Shown: positions 19,358 through 27,769 of the stretch, in pieces | Layout: each line of letters begins with the position of its first letter | Position numbering within the stretch: the first letter of the stretch is position 1 | Origin: Candidatus Nomurabacteria bacterium RIFCSPHIGHO2_02_FULL_42_19 | Lineage (GTDB): Bacteria; Patescibacteriota; Minisyncoccia; Phycocordibacterales; UBA9973 | Direction: 5' to 3' | Assembly: GCA_001785615.1 (NCBI GenBank) | Contig: MFUG01000016.1 | Coordinates: 13,752 to 77,751 of the forward strand | Length of the DNA: 64,000 nt | Notes under the pieces: model-generated | Database searches by the model: none | What the model was told of the DNA's origin: nothing | What the model saw: only the letters and a program-made list of their open reading frames with translations | Translations under genes and position numbers: made by a program

Positions 19358-20041
19358 CTATGAAATAAGTGTCCCGGCAAATTTTTCTCCGTTTAGATAT
19401 TTTGCCAAGTTATCAATCGGCTTGCCGTTCATGATTACAACTTCCATACCCCCTTTCTCAGCTGTTTCGGAAGCCGTAGGGTCAAATGGAGAATTTAATC
19501 CCGAAGTCCACTCTTTTGGAATTATTTTTCGGTAGTCCGCCCAAGAAATTTTTTCAATCTTCTTTGCAGAAGGATTTGTTTTTGGGTCAGCATCATATAC
19601 GTAATCAATATTTGAAAGATTGATAATCTTTTTCGCGCCAACCGTCTTTGCCGCCAAAACGGAATCCCAATCAGTACTGTGTCCGGGTTCATAAGCAGAA
19701 CCGATTATTATTGGCTTATCGAAAGACAATTTAAGAGATAAGTTGGAAATGACTTTCCGGTTTGCGGTTTCTCCGAAAATAACACGCAGTAATTCAGCAT
19801 TTAACTTCAAAGAAGCGATGCCTATCCAGTCCAGATCTTCGCTCGTAGGAGTGGAAAGTTCCCTGGCTACTTCTTGATATTTTCTGCAGATTTTCCCCCC
19901 GCCCGTTATAATCAAGAACTTTTTTCCTTTCTCAACATGTGAAAGAATTAATTTCTTAAAATTTTTTAGAAAATCCGTATCTATGCTCTCCGGTATAATC
20001 AGCGACCCGCCCAATGAAATTACTATTATTTCTTCTTTCAT
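19358..20041 (-). CDS. pyrH: amino-acid-kinase family protein, probably archaeal-type UMP kinase
   Basis: IVISLGGSLI...ITGGG pattern, 227 aa. Sits between the adk and cmk nucleotide kinases. Confidence 0.55.
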   Translation of the reverse strand: MKEEIIVISLGGSLIIPESIDTDFLKNFKKLILSHVEKGKKFLIITGGGKICRKYQEVARELSTPTSEDLDWIGIASLKLNAELLRVIFGETANRKVISNLSLKLSFDKPIIIGSAYEPGHSTDWDSVLAAKTVGAKKIINLSNIDYVYDADPKTNPSAKKIEKISWADYRKIIPKEWTSGLNSPFDPTASETAEKGGMEVVIMNGKPIDNLAKYLNGEKFAGTLIS

Positions 20042-20042
20042 A

Positions 20043-20630
20043 TTAAAAATTTAACGCCTTTATTATATCTTTATGCACGTCCTCTACCGTCTGTTCCCCA
20101 TTGATAGTAAAAATTTGATATCCTGGTTTATTTTTAAAATAATTCATAGCTGGAATCACATTATTTTTATATTCCTCAAACCTCTTAGCCAAGCCCTCGG
20201 GGGTATCATCGTGTCGGCCACGCGCTAAAGTGCGTTTCATCGCCTTTTCTTCCGATAACTCAATAAAAATTATTTTTATATCATCATGCTGATAAAATTT
20301 CATCATGGCTTCGAACACTTTTGACTGCTCAACGGTCCTCGGGTAGCCATCTACGATTAGGTGTTTTTCCGGGGAGATTTTAGAACTTAAGAGATCAGCC
20401 ACAATGGCGTTGGCAAAAAAGTCATCCACCAACCCCCCGCGGTGCATTTTCTCATGCAGAAGTTTGCCGGCATAGCTTCCGGACTCAAGAATCGTTCGAA
20501 ATCCTTCCCCGGTACCCGCATAGACGCACTCCCTGCCGTCTTTCTTTGAAAGGTATTCTCTTAGAAGCTTTACCTGGGTCCCCTTCCCGGATCCCACTGT
20601 TCCGAAAAATACAAATGTCTTGCCGTGCAT
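20043..20630 (-). CDS. adk: adenylate kinase (likely start at internal Met MHGKTFVFFG)
   Basis: P-loop GTVGSGKGTQ, DGYPRT and RxDD motifs. The track ORF extends to 20666 but the conserved N-terminus begins at the ATG at 20628-20630. Confidence 0.85.
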   Translation of the reverse strand: MHGKTFVFFGTVGSGKGTQVKLLREYLSKKDGRECVYAGTGEGFRTILESGSYAGKLLHEKMHRGGLVDDFFANAIVADLLSSKISPEKHLIVDGYPRTVEQSKVFEAMMKFYQHDDIKIIFIELSEEKAMKRTLARGRHDDTPEGLAKRFEEYKNNVIPAMNYFKNKPGYQIFTINGEQTVEDVHKDIIKALNF

Positions 20631-20690
20631 ATGCCTAAGAATAGCGAATTTGTGATATAAAATCAAATATGTTTTAATTAAGATAAGTTA

Positions 20691-21257
20691 ATGAAAAAAC
20701 AAATCATAACCATAAGCGGGATCCCTGGTAGCGGTAAATCTAGCACCTCTGATTTAGTGGCCAAGAAACTTGGCTTCAAACGATTTTCTTCAGGAGATTT
20801 TTTTAGAGAAATCGGGTTGGAATTAGAAATTTCTATTAATGATGTTTCTAAAAGAGCTGAAATTGACCCAACGATAGACCAAAGAACAGATGCTGAAATA
20901 AAAAAGCTGGGTGGTTCTGAAAAAATTGTTATCGATTCTCGCTTGGCATTTCATTGGATACCGGAATCATTTAAGGTGTATTTGGACCTACCGCCAGAAG
21001 TGGCCAAAGGAAGAATTTTGAATAACTTAAAAGAAAATCCTTTACGCAAAGAAAGTGAAAATGCAGAAACACACGAGGAGGTTTATGAGAAAATAATCCA
21101 TCGCCTAGAAAGCGAAAAAAAGAGATACAAAGAGCTGTACGGGGTAGACCATACTAAAAAAGAAAACTTCAATTTGGTGATAGACACAAACAAAAATAAC
21201 CTGGAGCAGGTTGCGGACATCATCGTGTCAGAATATAAAAAGTGGCTAACTAAATAA
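20691..21257 (+). CDS. cmk: cytidylate kinase (archaeal/short type)
   Basis: ITISGIPGSGKSS P-loop, 188 aa. The last 13 codons lie inside a 40-bp sequence that is duplicated 684 bp downstream. Confidence 0.7.
   Translation: MKKQIITISGIPGSGKSSTSDLVAKKLGFKRFSSGDFFREIGLELEISINDVSKRAEIDPTIDQRTDAEIKKLGGSEKIVIDSRLAFHWIPESFKVYLDLPPEVAKGRILNNLKENPLRKESENAETHEEVYEKIIHRLESEKKRYKELYGVDHTKKENFNLVIDTNKNNLEQVADIIVSEYKKWLTK
21209..21248. repeat. 40-bp direct repeat, left copy (cmk 3' end)
   Basis: ggttgcggacatcatcgtgtcagaatataaaaagtggcta is identical to 21933-21972. Confidence 0.9.
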
Positions 21258-21278
21258 AGTAGCTTTTTTGAAATTCAT

Positions 21279-21310
21279 ACGTGAATTCTAGCATATGCTA
21301 GAATTCACGT
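21279..21310. repeat. 32-bp perfect palindrome acgtgaattctagcatatgctagaattcacgt
   Basis: Equals its own reverse complement. An imperfect copy lies at 21885-21915 overlapping the start of the 21352-21900 gene. Confidence 0.9.
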
Positions 21311-21351
21311 AGATACTTTTATCATTGAGTATGTAAATCTAGTGAGTAGTT

Positions 21352-21900
21352 TTAGAGACCAAAATGATCTTTTAGCTTTTTATCATCCAAAACTTTGCTT
21401 ACTTCTAAAATCTCAATGTGTTTTCGTACGCCGAAAAAGTCTGCCACAAAGAGCATCTCCCCTTCACAAGGATATGGGTATACCCAGGTGCTTTTTTGAA
21501 ATTGCATAAATCCTAAGTCCTTTAATTTCCACCTGAAGGCCTCTCGCGCTTTTTTAAATCTGATGGGCAGATCATACATCACGATACGCCATTTGCCATC
21601 CCATTTACTCTGCTCTTTTATCACAATTTCATCAATAAATATCTTGCGCAGTTTATTTTCTCCTTTTTCTGTAAGAGTATAAAAATCCTTTTGTTCTCTT
21701 TTCACACGTCTCACAAATTTATAACGCCTGAGACCACCCAAAACTCTCTGCGCTTCTTTATCGCGATATGACAATTTCTCTCCAAGAGCGATAGCGCACA
21801 AGAAACTATGCGCGAGATTCAATCCTTCCCCGCCAGCGCTAAATACTTTCTTAAGCTTAATCAAATGTTCCCGTTTAACCATATACGTGAATTCTAGCAT
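21352..21900 (-). CDS. PaaX-like regulator (wHTH N-terminus + PaaX-C/Cas2-like C-terminal domain); probable start at second Met (21882)
   Basis: C-terminal SKWDGKWRIVMYDLPIRFKKAREAFRWKLKDLGFMQFQKSTWVYP fits the PaaX C-domain / Cas2-like pattern W.G.W..v.YD.p...R...R..L...GF..lQ.SvW. N-terminal KFVRRVKREQKDFYTLTEKGENKL looks like a winged helix. First 6 codons are encoded by the palindrome itself. Confidence 0.55.
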   Translation of the reverse strand: MLEFTYMVKREHLIKLKKVFSAGGEGLNLAHSFLCAIALGEKLSYRDKEAQRVLGGLRRYKFVRRVKREQKDFYTLTEKGENKLRKIFIDEIVIKEQSKWDGKWRIVMYDLPIRFKKAREAFRWKLKDLGFMQFQKSTWVYPYPCEGEMLFVADFFGVRKHIEILEVSKVLDDKKLKDHFGL

Positions 21901-21915
21901 ATGCTAATTCTCACG
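21885..21915. promoter_or_regulatory. imperfect copy of the 32-bp palindrome overlapping the regulator gene start (candidate operator)
   Basis: acgtgaattctagcatatgcta-attctcacg differs from the perfect copy by 1 indel and 2 substitutions. Confidence 0.4.
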
Positions 21916-21932
21916 ACAAGGGTGATTAGGCG

Positions 21933-21972
21933 GGTTGCGGACATCATCGTGTCAGAATATAAAAAGTGGCTA
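21933..21972. repeat. 40-bp direct repeat, right copy
   Basis: Identical to 21209-21248. In the cmk frame it reads ..EYKKWLEN* ending on a stop overlapping the secY stop, i.e. the presumptive ancestral cmk 3' end. Confidence 0.9.
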
Positions 21973-21977
21973 GAAAA

Positions 21978-23249
21978 TTAATACTCCCGCATAGAGACCT
22001 GAGCATCTATTTTTTTGATCAGGTCTAGAACTACGGAGACGACGATGAGAAGCGCGGTGCCACCGAGCGCGATAGCGGTGATGCCGGTAACCGCGCGCAT
22101 GATGAGCGGCAGAATGGCAATGAGGCCCAAGAAAACCGCTCCGAGCATAGTGATGCGGCCCAGGACTTTGGAAATATAATCGGAAGTTGAAGCCCCCGGG
22201 CGAGTGCCTGGAATAAAGGCGCCGTTTTTCTGTAAATTTGTGGAAAGCGCTTCCGGATCAAAAGTTACGGCGGTGTAGAAATAAGTAAAGAGAAAAACCA
22301 AAATAAAATAGAGCACCGCATAGAGCACAGAGGTCTGCGAGAATGAGACCAAAACGCTGGAAATCTTGACGATAATGGGATTACTAAATTTGGCCAAAAA
22401 AGTACCAATCATCTGCGGAAAAAGCAGAATAGAAAGGGCGAAGATTATCGGGATAACTCCGGCTTGATTTACCCGCAGTGGTAAATAGGTAGAGCCACCA
22501 CCATAGATCTTAAGCCCCCTCACCCGTTTGGCATAGGTAACCGGGATAGGGCGTTCTGCTTCAGTGACGATGACTACTCCGGCGATAACGACAGCGCCCA
22601 CGGCAATGAACAAGAGCAATAAAGGAACCTGGGAAGCGTCAAAAGCAAATATAAGCTGCCCAACTTCCGCTGGAATCCCGGCGACAATACCAGCAAAAAT
22701 TATAAGGGAAACGCCGTTGCCGATACCAAACTCGGACATCAGCTCGCCAATCCACATCAGGAATATAGCCCCGGCCACGACGATAATTAAATTAGTAACT
22801 CTGTCAAAAGCGGTCAAATTCACTAAAATACTCTGGCTTTCCAAAAGAGCTAAAAGAGAAAATCCCTGAATCGCGGCCAAGGGCACTGTCAGGAGCCGGG
22901 AATATTGGGTAAATCTCTTTCGGCCGGCCTCGCCCTCTTCGTGATAAATCTTCTTTAGCGCTGGAACCATAATAGTTAAAAGCTGCATGATGATGGAGCT
23001 GGTGATGTAGGGACCGACCCCGAGCATGATGATGGAAAGATTGGAAAGTCCGCCACCGGAAAAAATATTCAAAATGCCGAAAAATTGGTTGTTGGAGAGA
23101 AATCGGTTTAAGGCAAGAGTGTCAATACCTGGGATAGGAATAGCGGCCAGCAAACGAAAAACGGCTAATGCCAAAAGGACGAAAAGGACCCTTCTGCGCA
23201 AGGTATTGTCAGTCCAGACCAATTTAACTTTATTCCAAAAATTTTGCAT
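21978..23249 (-). CDS. secY: preprotein translocase subunit SecY
   Basis: 10-TM protein of 423 aa with SecY signature regions. Position after rplO. Confidence 0.95.
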   Translation of the reverse strand: MQNFWNKVKLVWTDNTLRRRVLFVLLALAVFRLLAAIPIPGIDTLALNRFLSNNQFFGILNIFSGGGLSNLSIIMLGVGPYITSSIIMQLLTIMVPALKKIYHEEGEAGRKRFTQYSRLLTVPLAAIQGFSLLALLESQSILVNLTAFDRVTNLIIVVAGAIFLMWIGELMSEFGIGNGVSLIIFAGIVAGIPAEVGQLIFAFDASQVPLLLLFIAVGAVVIAGVVIVTEAERPIPVTYAKRVRGLKIYGGGSTYLPLRVNQAGVIPIIFALSILLFPQMIGTFLAKFSNPIIVKISSVLVSFSQTSVLYAVLYFILVFLFTYFYTAVTFDPEALSTNLQKNGAFIPGTRPGASTSDYISKVLGRITMLGAVFLGLIAILPLIMRAVTGITAIALGGTALLIVVSVVLDLIKKIDAQVSMREY

Positions 23250-23252
23250 CTT

Positions 23253-23567
23253 TTATTTTATTTTGATTTTTTTCCCTTTAATACCCAAGCGCTTCCGGAT
23301 GGCAGAAAACTTTTCCCGCTTGCCATCTTTCTCGGCAACAAGTTTATCTTTACGGATGACCAGAGGTCGGTCTATTGACTTGAAACTATACCCGCGGTTT
23401 TTCGGCAACTTCTTTATAATATCACGAAGTTCCGGGCGACGCTTGTTGCCGGCGCGAGCCGTCTGCCCTTTGCCGCCGCGGCCGGAGGTCTTGGCATGCT
23501 TGCCGCCGCGACCCACAGTACGGTCCTTTTTATTTTTATGTTGTCTTTTTAAGTTATTTATCTGCAT
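23253..23567 (-). CDS. rplO: 50S ribosomal protein L15 (short form)
   Basis: GRGGKHAKTSGRGGKGQTARAG...KKLPKNRGY matches the L15 N-terminal G-rich motif. Confidence 0.8.
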   Translation of the reverse strand: MQINNLKRQHKNKKDRTVGRGGKHAKTSGRGGKGQTARAGNKRRPELRDIIKKLPKNRGYSFKSIDRPLVIRKDKLVAEKDGKREKFSAIRKRLGIKGKKIKIK

Positions 23568-23574
23568 AAATTAT

Positions 23575-24147
23575 TTAACTTTTAACTTCTTTTTCTGCGT
23601 CCGCGATTTCGTTCTGGATTGGTTTGGAATATTTGGTGGAAAAAACAGAAAGAGCCGACATCACTGCTTTCGCATTATTTAATTTATTTTTGGTGCCGGA
23701 CAAAATTTTCCCCGTAACATCTTTAAGGCCGGCTAACTTCACAATGTCCCGAACGACTGACCCGGCTACCAATCCGCGACCGCGGTTCGGCATCAATACC
23801 ACCAACGCACTGCCAAATTTAGCTTTTACTTCATAGGGAATAGAAGTGTTCTTGGTAAGTTTTAGGCGAACCATATTTTTCTTGGCATTGCGAAGCGCTT
23901 TGTTGATGGCGAGCGATGTGTCCCCCGCTTTGCCAAGGCCCAGTCCAATAGAGCCCTTTTTGTCTCCGGCCACCAGAGCCACGCTGAAAGAAAATCGGCG
24001 CCCGCCAGCCACCACGCGGGTTACTCGACGAATACTTAAAATTTTCTGGTCAAATTCCGGCTTCGGTCGATTGAAAGATGACCCTCTCCGGCCGCTACTC
24101 CTTTTTTCTCGGATGCCTGTATTTTCTTTTACGTTTTTCTTTTCCAT
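23575..24147 (-). CDS. rpsE: 30S ribosomal protein S5
   Basis: RVTRVVAGGRRFSFSVALVAGDKKGSIGLGLGKA and the C-terminal domain. Confidence 0.95.
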   Translation of the reverse strand: MEKKNVKENTGIREKRSSGRRGSSFNRPKPEFDQKILSIRRVTRVVAGGRRFSFSVALVAGDKKGSIGLGLGKAGDTSLAINKALRNAKKNMVRLKLTKNTSIPYEVKAKFGSALVVLMPNRGRGLVAGSVVRDIVKLAGLKDVTGKILSGTKNKLNNAKAVMSALSVFSTKYSKPIQNEIADAEKEVKS

Positions 24148-24163
24148 ATTTTTTTTATGCTAA

Positions 24164-24505
24164 TTAGAATTTCAGCCCAGCAGCCCGGGCCTCATCGGCT
24201 ACTAATTTTATACGCCCGGTATATTTGAAACCATTCCGGTCAAAGACCACTTTGTCTATTTTGGCGGTCCTGCACACCCCGGCTATCATCTTACCCACTT
24301 CTTTAGCTCGTTCAAGCTTGGTACCTTTTTTTATTTTTAGATCGCTTGCTTCCGCTAGGGTTTTCATTTTCATATCGTCAATTACCTGCGCGTAAATGAA
24401 TTTGTTGGAACGAAAAACAGAAAGACGTGGCCGCTCTTTAGTGCCGACGATCTTGGCTCGGATCTTCGCCTTTAGTCGTATTCTTTTGTCAGTTTTGTTT
24501 TGCAT
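24164..24505 (-). CDS. rplR: 50S ribosomal protein L18
   Basis: RPRLSVFRSNKFIYAQVIDD... Confidence 0.95.
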   Translation of the reverse strand: MQNKTDKRIRLKAKIRAKIVGTKERPRLSVFRSNKFIYAQVIDDMKMKTLAEASDLKIKKGTKLERAKEVGKMIAGVCRTAKIDKVVFDRNGFKYTGRIKLVADEARAAGLKF

Positions 24506-24596
24506 AAATAAATATACGAATATGCGAATTATACTAATCTGCGAATTATTCGAATGTATTTGTAAATTTGTATCATTTGTATATTCGTATGTTAAT
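24506..24596. repeat. AT-rich intergenic spacer with tacgaat / cgaattattcgaat palindromic motifs (family copy A)
   Basis: Shares atacgaatat...cgaattattcgaatNtatttgtaNatttgtat with 25131-25213. Similar motifs at 30897-30960 and 34614-34670. Confidence 0.6.
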
Positions 24597-25130
24597 CTAG
24601 GCGGTTTTCTTGCCTTGCTTGCGCCTGATTACTTCACCCTCATAACGCATGCCCTTGCCTTTATATGGCTCTGGCTTCTTTAGGGCTCGAATAGAGGCCG
24701 AAAAACTTCCTACCAATTCTTTATCCGCGCCGGTTATCGTAATATTGTTTTTATCAGCCGTGGCAGTGATTGTATCCGGAATTTTTACCACTACTGGATG
24801 GGAAAATCCTAAAGCGAAATGGAACTCTTTGCCTTTGATTTCCGACTTGAATCCGACTCCTTCCAATATCAATTTCTTTGAGTATGGTTTTTCTACGCCT
24901 TCAATCATGTTCTTGATGTGTGAAGCATAAGTGCCCCAGAGTGACTTTGAAAATTTGTCGTTTCGCTTGGGTAGGAGAGTAATTATTTTGTCAGTTATGG
25001 TGATAACGATGTCGTCTCTGAAATTTTTCGTCAGTGTTCCCTTTGGCCCGACAACAGTAAAGACCCCGCTTACCTGGCTTACTTTCACTCCCGGGGTTAT
25101 TTGTATTTCTTGTTTTCCAATTTTAGACAT
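24597..25130 (-). CDS. rplF: 50S ribosomal protein L6
   Basis: MSKIGKQEIQITPGVKVSQVSGVFTVVGPKGTL. Confidence 0.95.
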   Translation of the reverse strand: MSKIGKQEIQITPGVKVSQVSGVFTVVGPKGTLTKNFRDDIVITITDKIITLLPKRNDKFSKSLWGTYASHIKNMIEGVEKPYSKKLILEGVGFKSEIKGKEFHFALGFSHPVVVKIPDTITATADKNNITITGADKELVGSFSASIRALKKPEPYKGKGMRYEGEVIRRKQGKKTA

Positions 25131-25213
25131 AAAAGATACGAATATACTAATTTACTAATGATACGAATTATTCGAATATATTTGTAGATTTGTATACATT
25201 CGCATACTGGTAT
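25131..25213. repeat. AT-rich intergenic spacer, family copy B
   Basis: See 24506-24596. Confidence 0.6.
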
Positions 25214-25600
25214 CTACCATAATTTGAATAATGCTTCCCCTCCGACCTGTTCACGCCTGGCATCCTTGCCTGATAAAATTCCCTTGGGTGTGGAAAGTAT
25301 CAGAAGCCCGGTTCCATTTTTAACTTTGTGAATGTCCTTCACGCCAAAATAAACGCGCCTGGATTGCTTAGAAATTCTTTCCGCTTCCGTAATTTTCGGC
25401 TTTTTATCAACATAAACCAGCCCTACTTCCAGCAACGGCTGGCCTTTTTTAACTTTTTTGGAAATTTCCGACACATAGCCCTCCTTTTTCAGACATTCTA
25501 AAATAGCATTTTTTAATTTGGAATGCGGAACGGCAATAGTGGCCTTGCCTACTAGACCCGCATTCTTCATCATTATTATCATGTTGGCTATTGAATCCAC
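25214..25600 (-). CDS. rpsH: 30S ribosomal protein S8
   Basis: MDSIANMIIMMKNAGLVGK...GEALFKLW. Confidence 0.95.
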   Translation of the reverse strand: MDSIANMIIMMKNAGLVGKATIAVPHSKLKNAILECLKKEGYVSEISKKVKKGQPLLEVGLVYVDKKPKITEAERISKQSRRVYFGVKDIHKVKNGTGLLILSTPKGILSGKDARREQVGGEALFKLW

Positions 25601-25630
25601 TTTTTTAATTCATAATTCTTAATTTTTAAT

Positions 25631-25816
25631 TTACCATGAAGATTTCCTGACTCCCGGCAACATTCCTTCATTGGCTAGTTCGCGAAAGCAAATACGGCAA
25701 ATGCCAAAGTCCCGCATGAAGCCATTGCCCCGACCACAGCGAAAACATCGGTTTTTCTGCCGAGTGCTAAACTTCGGTTTCTTTTTGCTTCTGGCGACGA
25801 CTGATGTTTTAGCCAT
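25631..25816 (-). CDS. rpsZ: 30S ribosomal protein S14 type Z (zinc-binding)
   Basis: 61 aa, CFRCGRGNGFMRDFGICRIC, four Cys. Confidence 0.95.
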   Translation of the reverse strand: MAKTSVVARSKKKPKFSTRQKNRCFRCGRGNGFMRDFGICRICFRELANEGMLPGVRKSSW

Positions 25817-26028
25817 AAATTAAGGAATGTTAATGACTATAGTTTATGAGCATCCCGCCATGGCGGGGAGCCATAAATAATGAGGGAATCTTGCCCCGCC
25901 TGAAATAGGCGGGTGAACTTCAGTAATATCGCATTTCTTTTCTTATTCCCTCAATCACTTGAAAAAACAAGGAGAAAAATGGATTAACCAAAACATTATT
26001 CCCTTAGCTAGATACTAGCAAAAAGTAG

Positions 26029-26223
26029 CTAAATAGTCAATTTTTTCTTCTTCTTTGTCTTCGCGTCAATTATCATAAACCCTCGCGGAATGCGCTTCAC
26101 TATTACCCTTTGCTTTTCTCGCCAGCCGATTTGTCGAATCATGGCAATGGGAATTATCACCGAAAAGGACTTCGATCTCCCGACTCTGGTTATTTTCCTA
26201 ATTGAATTTATTGGTCTGGCCAT
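26029..26223 (-). CDS. AbrB/MazE/SpoVT-family (swapped-hairpin) DNA-binding protein
   Basis: IRKITRVGRSKSFSVIIPIAMIRQIGWREKQRVIVKRIPRGFMIIDAK parallels the AbrB N-domain (GIVRKVDELGRVVIPIELRRTLGI.EKD.LEIYVDDEKIIL). Confidence 0.6.
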   Translation of the reverse strand: MARPINSIRKITRVGRSKSFSVIIPIAMIRQIGWREKQRVIVKRIPRGFMIIDAKTKKKKKLTI

Positions 26224-26248
26224 AACTCATGAGTTAACTCAGTAATTA
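26222..26248. repeat. 27-bp direct repeat copy 1 (contains 14-bp palindrome taactcatgagtta)
   Basis: ataactcatgagttaactcagtaatta is identical to 26880-26906. Confidence 0.9.
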
Positions 26249-26253
26249 AATAA

Positions 26254-26577
26254 TTATGCTTTTACTGGCTTTAGTTCTATTTCTTCCTTCTTTAGATTAA
26301 ATTGTACTACAAAATTATCGAAAAATCCCTTCTGACCTACAATCCCATAAGGCATCCTTTTCCCTGAAATGTCTGGCATAAAACCTGCTTCAATTTTATG
26401 AGCCCACCCTCCAACTTCAATCTCTACCTCGTGGAGATAATACAAAGAAGCTTTACCTCCAACACCAAACACCTCACGTGGTTTACCCTTAGGGATATCA
26501 AGACCAAGCGCTTCTCCAGCTTCCGAATGGAAAATACAAATATCAGCCCCAGAATCTACTAGCACTTCATAACGCAA
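26254..26577 (-). CDS. retropepsin-like (clan AA) aspartic protease
   Basis: EVLVDSGADICIF (hh-D-S/T-G-A-D active-site motif) and C-terminal GIVGQKGFFDNFVVQFNL flap/dimerisation-like segment. 107 aa. Confidence 0.65.
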   Translation of the reverse strand: MRYEVLVDSGADICIFHSEAGEALGLDIPKGKPREVFGVGGKASLYYLHEVEIEVGGWAHKIEAGFMPDISGKRMPYGIVGQKGFFDNFVVQFNLKKEEIELKPVKA

Positions 26578-26651
26578 AGATTGAGAATTTAATTTTAATT
26601 TAATTTCTATAACCGGCCTAAGTGTTGAACCGTATTTCTTATAACTGAATT

Positions 26652-26846
26652 TTATATGCTCCCGACATACGTATCTAGGGTTTCTGGCATTCGGCTAAAA
26701 ATAGGAGATTGGTACCCTTTTTCTTGTGCTTGATGTTTGGCTTCTTTAAGGGTTTTGCCACTTCCAACAACAGTTTCTTCGTCGTCTGCGAGAGCAACCC
26801 AAAGACCCTTATATTTATTGAATATTTTTGTCCAATCTTTTACCAT
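26652..26846 (-). CDS. DUF5678-like small protein
   Basis: KYKGLWVALADDEETVVGSGKTLKEAKHQAQEKGYQSPIFSRMP matches the DUF5678 pattern (KG.WVAl.D..vv..g.tl.e......ekG...P.i..vP). Confidence 0.5.
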   Translation of the reverse strand: MVKDWTKIFNKYKGLWVALADDEETVVGSGKTLKEAKHQAQEKGYQSPIFSRMPETLDTYVGSI

Positions 26847-26879
26847 ATCTTAATTATATCAAATTAGGAGGTAATAACA

Positions 26880-26906
26880 ATAACTCATGAGTTAACTCAG
26901 TAATTA
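26880..26906. repeat. 27-bp direct repeat copy 2 (overlaps the rplE stop codon)
   Basis: Identical to 26222-26248. Confidence 0.9.
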
Positions 26907-27542
26907 CTCCGCGGCTGGGGCGGTAAGGGGAACTTCTGCCTTTGGTTTGCGCTTGCGGGCTTTTTTTGCTTTCTGCTCTATGGTTGCTTGTTCTTCCTGT
27001 TTCTTGAAAGGAACACCCAGGAGCTCAAAGAAGGAGTGGCCTTCTTTTTTATTCTTAGCGGTAGAAACAAGAGTGATAGATAGGCCGAAAACGTCTTTAA
27101 TGTCTTCATCGGCTGTTTCCGGGAAAATAGTATGCTCTTTAATGCCGAGGGTAAGGTTGCCTACATTATCCACCGCGCTCGGCGGAATACCGCGGAAGTC
27201 CTTGGTGCGAGGGATAGCAATATTTATTAATTTCTCAAGAAAGGCGTACATCCTTTTCTCGCGGAGAGTCACTACTACCCCGATAGGGTCGCCCTGGCGG
27301 ACCTTGAAGGAGGCGATGGACTTCTTGGCGCCACGGAGAGCCGCTTTCTGTCCGGTTATTTTCGCCAAGCGGTCTGCGATCGTTTCATTTTTATTTTTAT
27401 CTTTTTTTACCGCAGTACCGGTACCGACATTCAGCACCATTTTCACCATTCTAGGCGCGGCCATGGCGTTTTTATAATGAAAAACATCTTTCATCTTCTC
27501 AAACACGCTTGTTTCTTTTTCTTTTACGGTCAAAAGTTTCAT
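26904..27542 (-). CDS. rplE: 50S ribosomal protein L5 (with K/A-rich C-terminal extension)
   Basis: MKLLTVKEKETSVFEKMKDVFHYKNAMAAPRMVKMVLNVGTG. Confidence 0.95.
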   Translation of the reverse strand: MKLLTVKEKETSVFEKMKDVFHYKNAMAAPRMVKMVLNVGTGTAVKKDKNKNETIADRLAKITGQKAALRGAKKSIASFKVRQGDPIGVVVTLREKRMYAFLEKLINIAIPRTKDFRGIPPSAVDNVGNLTLGIKEHTIFPETADEDIKDVFGLSITLVSTAKNKKEGHSFFELLGVPFKKQEEQATIEQKAKKARKRKPKAEVPLTAPAAE

Positions 27543-27544
27543 AT

Positions 27545-27763
27545 TTAATTTATCTTTTTAACATTTGATACATGAATCGGCATGGCGATATTTAGCATTT
27601 GCCCTTTTTCGTTGGTCTTTCTGGCTCGCTGGTGTTTCTTAGACATATTCAATCCCTCCACGATTACCTTATCCGCCCTGACCAAAACGCGAACAACTTT
27701 CCCTTTTTTGCCTTTATCTTTACCGGCTATCGCTATTACATTGTCTCCTTTTTTTATTTTCAT
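27545..27763 (-). CDS. rplX: 50S ribosomal protein L24
   Basis: [26 protein letters not shown]. Confidence 0.95.
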   Translation of the reverse strand: MKIKKGDNVIAIAGKDKGKKGKVVRVLVRADKVIVEGLNMSKKHQRARKTNEKGQMLNIAMPIHVSNVKKIN

Positions 27764-27769
27764 AGGTAT

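Noticed and set aside
21209-26908. CRISPR arrays, considering the 27-40-bp exact repeats
   Set aside because: Each repeat occurs only twice, with gene-sized (not spacer-sized) intervening sequence and no cas1/cas9/cas12 genes. These are insertion-flanking direct repeats, not arrays.
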